Source: Candidatus Methanoplasma porotermitis | Lineage (GTDB): Archaea > Thermoplasmatota > Thermoplasmata > Methanomassiliicoccales > Methanomethylophilaceae | Length of the DNA: 64,000 nucleotides | Reading direction: 5' to 3' | Assembly (NCBI GenBank): GCA_031290095.1 | Contig: JAITOF010000045.1 | Location: 5,538 to 69,537, forward strand | Shown: positions 56,700 to 64,000 of the stretch, piece by piece | How the letters are laid out: each line of letters opens with the position of its first letter | Position numbering within the stretch: position 1 is the stretch's first letter | The notes under the pieces: generated by a model | The model's database searches: none | Seen by the model: the letters and a program-made list of their open reading frames with translations, nothing else | Told to the model about the DNA's origin: nothing | Made by a program: the position numbers and the translations under genes

Positions 56700-57839
56700 A
56701 TGAAACCGTTCATCTCGGTCATTATCAAACCAACTCTGGCCTGCAACATAGGCTGCAGGCATTGTTACCACCCTCCCGAGGAAAGGACGGGCGGGTCTAT
56801 AAGCCTCGAGACCCTGGACAGGTTGTTCCGCCTTCTTTCTGAGGAATACGAGTCTACATGGTTCATATGGCACGGGGGAGAGCCGCTGATGCTCTCTCCG
56901 CAGTTCTACCGCGATGCCATCGCCATGCAGGAGAGGTATTTTGGCAAGGGGTCTCACCGCGTAGGCAATACGATACAGACCAACGGCATACGCCTGAACA
57001 AGAGATTCATGGACTTGTGCCGTGAGAAGAAGATCAACGTGGGCGTCTCCTATGAAGGCCCTCGAAACGACGTCCTGAGGGAGCGGACGTCTGAAGTAGA
57101 AAATAATCTGGACATGCTGATAAAAAGGGAGCATGTGTTCTCAGTGGGCCTGACAGTGTCGTCGGACACGGCATCGGAGCAGGCCTCGCTCTACGAGCAC
57201 TTCCGAGACCGCCACATAGCCGTCTCGTTCTCTCCCGTGATTCCCGCAGGGTGCGCCGCGTCATGTCCCGGGCTCGTTCCGGACGTAGACGAATATGTCA
57301 GAGGGAGCATTGACGCCTTCGACCTATGGCTCACGGACACGGACACGGAAATACCGTTGATGCCTCACTACCTGTATCTTTTGAACGCTCTGGGCGAGCC
57401 TTCCGAGTCTGACTGCGCCCACAGCTCGTGTCTCACCAAATGGCTGTGCGTCTATCCTGACGGGAGCCTGTACCCCTGTGCAAAAGGCTGTATTCCCGAA
57501 TTCAGGATGTGCGGCCTGGAAGATGTAGAACACATATCGGACACGTTCCTCACCGACGGCTTCAGGAGGATGCTCGCAGGCACGATAGCAAGGAGGGAGA
57601 AATGCAGGTCGTGCGACATATTCGACCACTGCGGCGGAGGATGCAGCATGGACGCATGTTATGAGGAAGGGCTGGAGAACAACGGCAACCCTTCATGCAG
57701 AATCTACAAAGAGCTGTTCACTCAAATAAAAGACAGGGCAGACCGCATCGTCAGCGAGAAAAGGAACCTTTCCGAGTACAACAAATTCGTCCGGGACGCC
57801 GTGACCGGAAGGCTCATAGACCCGACGATGCCGCTGTGA
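56700..57839 (+). CDS. radical SAM enzyme with C-terminal SPASM domain (anSME/peptide-maturase-like)
   Basis: The N-terminus MKPFISVIIKPTLACNIGCRHCY carries the CxxxCxxC motif. GGEPLM is present. The SPASM motifs are CVYPDGSLYPC and CRSCDIFDHCGGGC (Cx2Cx5Cx3C), with a further Cys (PSCRIY). Confidence 0.85.
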   Translation: MKPFISVIIKPTLACNIGCRHCYHPPEERTGGSISLETLDRLFRLLSEEYESTWFIWHGGEPLMLSPQFYRDAIAMQERYFGKGSHRVGNTIQTNGIRLNKRFMDLCREKKINVGVSYEGPRNDVLRERTSEVENNLDMLIKREHVFSVGLTVSSDTASEQASLYEHFRDRHIAVSFSPVIPAGCAASCPGLVPDVDEYVRGSIDAFDLWLTDTDTEIPLMPHYLYLLNALGEPSESDCAHSSCLTKWLCVYPDGSLYPCAKGCIPEFRMCGLEDVEHISDTFLTDGFRRMLAGTIARREKCRSCDIFDHCGGGCSMDACYEEGLENNGNPSCRIYKELFTQIKDRADRIVSEKRNLSEYNKFVRDAVTGRLIDPTMPL

Positions 57840-58220
57840 TCATCCTTTGTACGCCAAGGCCTCGACCTCTATCTTCGCCCCTTTGGGGATTGCGCCCACC
57901 TGAAAGCACGACCTTGCCGGGTACGGCTCTTTGAAGAACTCCCCGTAGACCTTGTTGACGACGGCAAAGTCGTTTATGTCCGTCAGGAACACTTTGACGG
58001 ATACGACATCGCCGTGGCTCACGCCAGCCGCAGAGAGGACCGCGAGCACGTTTGAGAGGGACTGCCTAGCCTGAGCCTCTATCCCTTCGGGAATCAGGCC
58101 CGTCTCTGGGTTTACCGGTATCTGCCCCGACGTCGCCACGAGGCCGCCCGCCCTCGCTCCCTGAGAATACGGGCCGATCGCTTTGGGCGCCCTATCGGTG
58201 CTTATAGGCGCTATCGCCAT
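57840..58220 (-). CDS. ridA: RidA/YjgF-family reactive-intermediate deaminase
   Basis: APKAIGPYSQG...SGQIPVNPETG...VKVFLTD...R(S)CFQV...IEVEALA. About 126 aa. Confidence 0.85.
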   Translation of the reverse strand: MAIAPISTDRAPKAIGPYSQGARAGGLVATSGQIPVNPETGLIPEGIEAQARQSLSNVLAVLSAAGVSHGDVVSVKVFLTDINDFAVVNKVYGEFFKEPYPARSCFQVGAIPKGAKIEVEALAYKG

Positions 58221-58221
58221 C

Positions 58222-59157
58222 TTACCTGCTCCTGTCGATATAGCGGTTGATCTCGTCCAAGTCGTAAGGGGTGCGCTGGTACACGTAGTAGTTGAGCCAG
58301 TTGATGAACAGGAGGGTGGCATGCGCCCTCCACTTCACCACAGGGTCGCGATGAGGGTCGTCTTCGACGAAGTAGTTCCGGGGAACCTCCGGGTTCATGC
58401 CGCGCTTAGTGTCCCTCTCGTACTCGTAGGCGAGCGTGCATGCGTCGTACTCGAAATGGCCTGTGACGAACACCTGCGACTTCTCCGACACGACGGCGCC
58501 GACCCCGGATACGTCGGACACGGCCACGATGTGAAGATGCGGGTTGTGATAGATGTCGGATGCACGTATCTCCGTGTGTCTTGAGTGCGGCATGTTGAAC
58601 GCGTCGTCGAACCCTCTCAGGAGGGGCTCGTCCTTTACCAACGCGTGATGCTCGAATATGCCGGACATCTTTTTTGGCAGGGGGTACTTCGGTATCCCGT
58701 AGTGATAGTACAGGCCTGCCTGGGCGCCCCAGCATATGTGCAGCGTCGAATACACGTTTGTGAGGGACCAGTCCATTATCGTGCATAGCTCGCCCCAATA
58801 ATCGACCTTCTCGAACTCGATGTTCTCCACGGGGGCGCCGGTGATTATCAGCCCGTCGAACTTCTGGCCTTTGATGTCCTCGAACCGCCGATAGAAGCGG
58901 TCCAGATATTCCTGCGAGATGTTCTTGGATTCATGCGACTCCATCTGCAGGAACGTTATATCGGTCTGCAACGGGCTGTTGCTGAGGAGCCTCAGTATCT
59001 GTATCTCTGTCTCGATCTTCGTCGGCATGAGGTTGAGTATCGCAATCTTCAACGGGCGGATGTCCTGGTGGGAAGCACGGTCCTCGTTCATGACGAAAAT
59101 ATTCTCTGATTCCAGAGCGGACACTGCCGGAAGATTGTCAGGTACTTTTATCGGCAT
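58222..59157 (-). CDS. metA: homoserine O-acyltransferase (MetA family)
   Basis: [27 protein letters not shown], catalytic [11 protein letters not shown] and HSRH. Confidence 0.9.
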   Translation of the reverse strand: MPIKVPDNLPAVSALESENIFVMNEDRASHQDIRPLKIAILNLMPTKIETEIQILRLLSNSPLQTDITFLQMESHESKNISQEYLDRFYRRFEDIKGQKFDGLIITGAPVENIEFEKVDYWGELCTIMDWSLTNVYSTLHICWGAQAGLYYHYGIPKYPLPKKMSGIFEHHALVKDEPLLRGFDDAFNMPHSRHTEIRASDIYHNPHLHIVAVSDVSGVGAVVSEKSQVFVTGHFEYDACTLAYEYERDTKRGMNPEVPRNYFVEDDPHRDPVVKWRAHATLLFINWLNYYVYQRTPYDLDEINRYIDRSR

Positions 59158-59277
59158 CGGGGTTTCTCCTGTTCAGAGTCTCTTGTATCAAGTTCATATT
59201 AATGTACTTATCGAATATTATTCAAAATAAATATTCATATAATAATTATTATTTCCCGTTTGTACCGCTAACGGCCA

Positions 59278-59823
59278 TCAGAACTCTATGCCTTTTCTTG
59301 CATGCACGCCTTTGTTGAAAGGATGCTTCACGGGCCGCATCTCCGTGACCAGGTCCGCATATTCTATTATCGGCGGCGGCGCGCCCCTTCCTGTGAGCAC
59401 CACCTCTATGTTCGCCGGCCTTTTTTTGAGCATGTCCAGCACTTTGTCGGCATCGACAAGCCCCCATGACATGGCCACGTTGATCTCGTCGAGTATCACG
59501 AGGTCGTATTTGCCGGAATAGATCAGCTCTTCCGCCTTCGCGAGGGCGGCCTCCGAGACTTCCATGTCCTCTTTTCTTGGGACCTTCGATGCCATGTGGT
59601 CTAGCCCCAGCGGCAGGATGGTGAAATTATCGATGCGAGACGCGGAGATGTGCTCCCCGTAATCCTCCGGAGGCTTGAGGAATTGGACCATAACTACCTC
59701 CAGCCCTCTGCCTACGGCTCTGAACGCGAGGCCGAGCGCGGCCGTGGTCTTGCCCTTTCCTTCTCCAGTGTAGACTTGGACGAGGCCGAGCTTGTTCTTG
59801 ACGTCCGGCGGCAGGTTCGACAT
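59278..59823 (-). CDS. cobO: cob(I)yrinic acid a,c-diamide adenosyltransferase
   Basis: GLVQVYTGEGKGKTTAALGLAFRAVG and VMVQFLK, plus the DLVILDE Walker B-like motif. Confidence 0.85.
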   Translation of the reverse strand: MSNLPPDVKNKLGLVQVYTGEGKGKTTAALGLAFRAVGRGLEVVMVQFLKPPEDYGEHISASRIDNFTILPLGLDHMASKVPRKEDMEVSEAALAKAEELIYSGKYDLVILDEINVAMSWGLVDADKVLDMLKKRPANIEVVLTGRGAPPPIIEYADLVTEMRPVKHPFNKGVHARKGIEF

Positions 59824-59950
59824 GGGTTTGAATCACGTCTTGAGGATAAAACACAATCGGACGCCCGCACACCCCGTTCAGAGTGTTCAAAAACATCTTG
59901 ACCTCGACAGTTGAGCCGGCGCTTTTAGCATTTGCCTGACGGCCCTGCCA

Positions 59951-61171
59951 TCATTGGCCCTCCAGCAGCCATTTGATCACGTTCTTGTGTTTTATTCCCC
60001 CGGGGACGTTGTAGACGAAGCTGTCCATGGACAGCACCGTCTTCGAATAGCTGTCACGTATTTCGGACAGGGAAGAAACCTCGCGGTCATACGTACACTC
60101 GTCGATCATCGTCTTTGTGACCTGATAATACTCCGTCTCCGCGCCTTTCCTTGCGGTGAAGTCGACCTCCCTGTCTCCGTATTTTCCAACGGCGACCTCG
60201 TATCCTCTTCTTATGAGCTCCAGATAGACGATGTTCTCTATCTGCCTGCTGTCGTCCTCTTTGGACGATATCCCCACGACGGCGTTGCGCATCCCGGTGT
60301 CCGCCACGTAGTATTTCTCCAAGGTTTGAAGCAGCTTTTTCCCGCGAATGTCATAGCGCTCCGCCTTGTATATGACATACGCCTCCTCCAATGCTTGGAG
60401 GTATCTCCCGACGGTCTTGTTGTTGACCTCGCCGTGCTCGTCGGCGAGGTACGTCTTGGCGATGTTGTTGGAGCTGGTGACGCAACCGATGTTGGACATG
60501 ACGAACCGGGCTACGTTTATCAGCGTGCGGGAGTCTTTGGCGTCCGTGTGAGTAAGCACGTCGCGTACCAGGACGGTGTCGAAGACGCCTTTCAGCTGGT
60601 CATGGACGAACGTCTCGTCGGCGGAAGGGTCCACCATCGGCAGGGACCCCTTCCAAACATAATCGTGAAACCTGGATTCGACGTTGTTCTCGGCGTCGGC
60701 CGGGTGCATGTCCAAATATTCCCTAAAAGACAGCGGGAGCATCCTGATTTGAACGTATCTCCCTGACATGTATGTCGCAAGCTCGGACGAAAGGAGATGC
60801 GCATTGGACCCTGTTATGTATATGTCCACATCGAAATCGACCATGAGCGCATTGACTGCCCTTTCCCACTCGGGTATCCTCTGCAGCTCGTCCAGCAGGA
60901 TGTACGACCTTTCGTTGCGCGGGACCATCCCGTCTATCTGGTTCACAAGGTCCCCGTATGTTCTAATATGGCCATATTCCATCGATTCGAAGTTAATCAG
61001 GATCACGCGGCCCTCATCCACTCCCGAATCCACGAGTGCGCGTGCATACTGCTTCATCAACGTGGACTTCCCGCACCTTCTGACCCCCGTGATTATCTTC
61101 ACCGTGTGCGTGCGGTCCCTTCCCACCGAAAGGCACGAGATATACGTGTGCCTGACGACTTCCTTCTCCAT
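59951..61171 (-). CDS. AAA+ ATPase with C-terminal DUF4143-like domain
   Basis: Walker A GVRRCGKSTL and Walker B YILLDELQ. The C-terminal EVDFTA...YYQV segment is typical of the restriction-endonuclease-like DUF4143 module. Confidence 0.7.
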   Translation of the reverse strand: MEKEVVRHTYISCLSVGRDRTHTVKIITGVRRCGKSTLMKQYARALVDSGVDEGRVILINFESMEYGHIRTYGDLVNQIDGMVPRNERSYILLDELQRIPEWERAVNALMVDFDVDIYITGSNAHLLSSELATYMSGRYVQIRMLPLSFREYLDMHPADAENNVESRFHDYVWKGSLPMVDPSADETFVHDQLKGVFDTVLVRDVLTHTDAKDSRTLINVARFVMSNIGCVTSSNNIAKTYLADEHGEVNNKTVGRYLQALEEAYVIYKAERYDIRGKKLLQTLEKYYVADTGMRNAVVGISSKEDDSRQIENIVYLELIRRGYEVAVGKYGDREVDFTARKGAETEYYQVTKTMIDECTYDREVSSLSEIRDSYSKTVLSMDSFVYNVPGGIKHKNVIKWLLEGQ

Positions 61172-61459
61172 GAACGACAATGCTGCATTGTTAAAAAGTT
61201 TTGGTATTACAATCCCTAAACTCATAAAAATCATATACTTTCGGTATTAAAATACCTAAACTTTTGAACAAAAACGAAACACGGCGCAGATTGAAGCCGC
61301 ATTGGATCTGGCAGGCCGTCTGGTGCGAGGCTTTGGGAAGCCATGTGAGGACGTTCTTGTACAATAACCGCCGGCGTCGTTCTACGTGCGGAAAGCGGTC
61401 GTGGCTTCCCTAAGCCATCATTCAGTCAGTCTTTAATACGAACGTCATATAGAGGTGGC

Positions 61460-62863
61460 ATGGACGAGCTCAGGTCCTACTCTCCAAAGGATATGCGCCT
61501 AGTGTTGATAGCCTGCTGTGCGGGCATATTCCTCACGCCTTTGATGAGCACGATGATGAATCTTGCGCTCGTGCATATCGGCGCGGACTTTGACGTGGGC
61601 TCGCATTCTCTCGCGCTCGTCAACACGGTGTTCCTTCTGTCGTCGGTCGTGGCCATGGTCCCTGCGGCAAGGCTTTCCGACATACACGGGCGCAAAAAAA
61701 CGATGGTCGCCGGACTCCTGGTGACGACGGCTGGAGCGGTCGTCGCTGTGTTCAGCCCCACGTTCGAAGTCTTTTTGTCGATGAGGCTTGTGATGGGGGT
61801 CGGAGCCGCCGCCATATCCGTTTCCAGCATGGCCCTGCTGACCGAGGTGTTCCCCTTCGAGAGGCGCGGGTGGGCGATAGGCGTGCAGACCACGTTCGTC
61901 TATCTCGGGATGGCCTTGGGGCCTACCCTGGGAGGGTTCATCTCCGACGGCGTGGGATGGAGGGGGCTTTTCTTCTTCATATTGCCGTTCTCCGCCGTAT
62001 CCATGACCCTGTTGTCGAAATTCAAATATGACGTCGTGGCCGACAGAGGGGGGCGCATGGACAGCACGGGCTCCGCGGTGTATGCGGCTACCGTAGTTCT
62101 GACCATAATCGGCGCCGTGAACCTCCCTGCATGGTGGGCCTTCGCCCTGCTATTCGCAGGATTGGCGCTTCTCGCGGCGTTCGTCTCGATGATGAGGTCA
62201 AGGGAATCGCCTGTTCTCGACCTCTCGGTGTTCAAGCACAAGGTTTTTTCGCGGTCGTGCCTGGCGGCGTTCATGAACTACGCCTCCTCGTACTCCGTGT
62301 CGTTCTTCTTGGCCCTGTACCTTCAGCACATAGGGGCGCTTACGGCGTCGCAGGCGGGGCTGATCATGCTGACGCAGGCCGCGTTCCAGATCGTTCTGAC
62401 CTCATGGTCGGGAGGGCGCTCGGACCGGATGCGGGACAAACGCATACTTCCAACCACGGGCATGGCGCTCACCTGCATAGCTATCGTGATGATACTCTTC
62501 CTGGGCACGGAGGTCAATTACGCCTATATAGCCGTCATACTGGCGCTTTTGGGGATCGGATACGGCATGTTCTCGGCCCCGAACAGCAATGCTGTGATGT
62601 CTTCCGTCCCTCCCAGGAACAGGGGCGAGGCGGCAGGCATGCTGTCGGTCGTCCGCCAGGTCGGCATGCTTACGAGCATGAGCATCGCAATGCTCTCGAT
62701 ATCCGTCATAATGGGGTCGGCAGACAATCTGAACCCGTCGACGTTCGGCGATTTTATCAACGTCATACGGGCCGCGTTCGTGGTCTGCCTCGTAATGTGC
62801 GTAATAGGCACAGCGGTCTCTTGGCTTCGCGGGCCAGACATTCTCGCAGACGTCCGCACATGA
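61460..62863 (+). CDS. MFS transporter (14-TM DHA2/EmrB-like)
   Basis: About 14 hydrophobic segments. Motif A-like LSDIHGRKK is present. Confidence 0.8.
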   Translation: MDELRSYSPKDMRLVLIACCAGIFLTPLMSTMMNLALVHIGADFDVGSHSLALVNTVFLLSSVVAMVPAARLSDIHGRKKTMVAGLLVTTAGAVVAVFSPTFEVFLSMRLVMGVGAAAISVSSMALLTEVFPFERRGWAIGVQTTFVYLGMALGPTLGGFISDGVGWRGLFFFILPFSAVSMTLLSKFKYDVVADRGGRMDSTGSAVYAATVVLTIIGAVNLPAWWAFALLFAGLALLAAFVSMMRSRESPVLDLSVFKHKVFSRSCLAAFMNYASSYSVSFFLALYLQHIGALTASQAGLIMLTQAAFQIVLTSWSGGRSDRMRDKRILPTTGMALTCIAIVMILFLGTEVNYAYIAVILALLGIGYGMFSAPNSNAVMSSVPPRNRGEAAGMLSVVRQVGMLTSMSIAMLSISVIMGSADNLNPSTFGDFINVIRAAFVVCLVMCVIGTAVSWLRGPDILADVRT

Positions 62864-62917
62864 GCCAGATGTTTAGATATTCCTAAATATCGTGTTCAGG
62901 ACATGTGTTAAATAGCA

Positions 62918-63973
62918 ATGAACGTCATGCAACGGCAGATGGCAGAGGCGTCGAATCCGAACTACGAGTTCCAGCGAGTCATAGTCGCAGTCGGAGCCTC
63001 CCTGATGGTCATGAAGTTCATAGCGTACTTCGTGACGCATTCCATGGCGATACTGACTGACGCCCTCGAGAGCATCGTGAACGTGGTCGCCGGGGGGATC
63101 GGCCTTTATGCGCTCTATCTTTCAGCGAGGCCTGCCGACAGGTCCCACCCGTTCGGCCACGGAAAGGTGGAGGTTATCTCGGCATCGATCGAAGGGTCCA
63201 TGATCGCCGTTGCAGGGTTCATCATCCTGTTCGAGTCGTTCATGAGGATGCTCTCTCCCGAAGAGGTCCGGAACGTAGACATAGGGCTGTTGTTCGTGCT
63301 GTTCGCCGCCGTTGTGAACTACGTCTTGGGACGCGGCGCCATAGCGAGAGGACGAAAGACCCGTTCCATAGCCTTGGAATCCAGCGGGAAGCATCTGTGC
63401 GCCGACACATACTCCTCCGTCGGGATATCTATCGGGCTTCTTGCAGTCCTTGCAACCCAGAAGATGGGGTACGACTATCTGTGGCTGGACCCGCTCGTCG
63501 CCATGTTGTTCGGCACCGTGATAGTGATCACGGGGGGCAGGGTCATAAAGAAAGCCATGGACGACATCATGGACAGGGCGGACCGCGACGTTCTGGACCA
63601 GGTTGTGAGGTGCCTTAACGAACACCGCTCCCAGGATTGGATAGACATCCACAGCCTGCGCGTCATGAAGTTCGGCAGCAGGATGCATGTCGAGATGCAT
63701 ACCACTCTCCCGTTCGACATGACCGTGGAGCAGGAGGAGGCCCAGAAGAGCAAGCTGCACGAGGCGGTGGCGTCGCTGTATGGAGACAGCGTGGAACTGA
63801 TGATCATGCCGGAGCCGTGCAGGGAGTTCTCCTGCACGCACTGTTCTCGCGAATGCGTCAGCAGGCGCGCCAAGTTCGTCGGTCGCATGAACTGGACCAT
63901 CGACAGCCTCGCTCAGGACCACCAGCACGCCTTTAGGAACAGGGTCATAATCGACGTTGACAGCGATAAATGA
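62918..63973 (+). CDS. cation diffusion facilitator (CDF) metal efflux transporter with Cys/His-rich C-terminal tail
   Basis: HSMAILTDALESIVN, DRSHPFGHGKVE, six TM segments and a cytoplasmic domain. An extra tail reads EPCREFSCTHCSRECVS...DHQHAF. Confidence 0.85.
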   Translation: MNVMQRQMAEASNPNYEFQRVIVAVGASLMVMKFIAYFVTHSMAILTDALESIVNVVAGGIGLYALYLSARPADRSHPFGHGKVEVISASIEGSMIAVAGFIILFESFMRMLSPEEVRNVDIGLLFVLFAAVVNYVLGRGAIARGRKTRSIALESSGKHLCADTYSSVGISIGLLAVLATQKMGYDYLWLDPLVAMLFGTVIVITGGRVIKKAMDDIMDRADRDVLDQVVRCLNEHRSQDWIDIHSLRVMKFGSRMHVEMHTTLPFDMTVEQEEAQKSKLHEAVASLYGDSVELMIMPEPCREFSCTHCSRECVSRRAKFVGRMNWTIDSLAQDHQHAFRNRVIIDVDSDK

Positions 63974-64000
63974 TATACCCCTCCCACAGATACCCTGATA

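Noticed and set aside
1-64000. Search by eye for tRNA, rRNA, CRISPR arrays, IS elements, transposases, integrases and methylamine methyltransferase genes
   Set aside because: None were found. GGTTCGAAT-like strings occur only inside coding regions and lack the rest of a tRNA cloverleaf. No terminal inverted repeats flank any gene block.

Overview
Densely coded, moderately GC-rich chromosomal window that reads as archaeal. Archaeal markers are SRP54, TrmY, archaeal-type ApgM, a COG1340-type coiled-coil protein, class-III-signal-peptide pilin-like genes and a FlaI/FlaJ-type ATPase and platform pair. Together with BspA-type LRR and PMP-repeat surface proteins and the complete absence of TAG stop codons, this fits a host-associated Methanomassiliicoccales-like methanogen; that assignment is inference, since no methanogenesis genes lie in the window. 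Housekeeping content: sufS, pyrD-pyrK, trkA-trkH, xseA-xseB, srp54, trmY, purB, a bacterial-type thiamine cluster (thiE, thiS, thiF, thiG, thiH plus a second ThiE/TenI-like gene), an MMPL transporter, an IDH-family dehydrogenase, apgM, a U32 peptidase-family protein, class II RNR (nrdJ), metA, cobO, ridA, and MFS and CDF transporters. I found no rRNA, tRNA, CRISPR array or IS element. Most interesting: (1) at 55.4-57.8 kb, a 10-cysteine small ORF ends 1 nt before a radical SAM/SPASM enzyme and faces a divergent DUF5685-like gene, a candidate archaeal RiPP/thioether-peptide system. (2) At 12.95-14.85 kb, an ABC-type ATPase plus a DUF4435/Toprim protein form a PARIS (AriA/AriB)-like defence pair. 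(3) Amber-codon avoidance across the window, plus one in-frame TAG in an AlbA_2-family gene. (4) A split type-IV-pilus-like system with five pilin-like genes sharing a DRKG-type signal-peptide motif. (5) A frameshifted LRR surface gene and long G/C homopolymer tracts in intergenic leaders. Start codons were chosen by eye and are approximate; all family calls rest on motif recognition, not searches.
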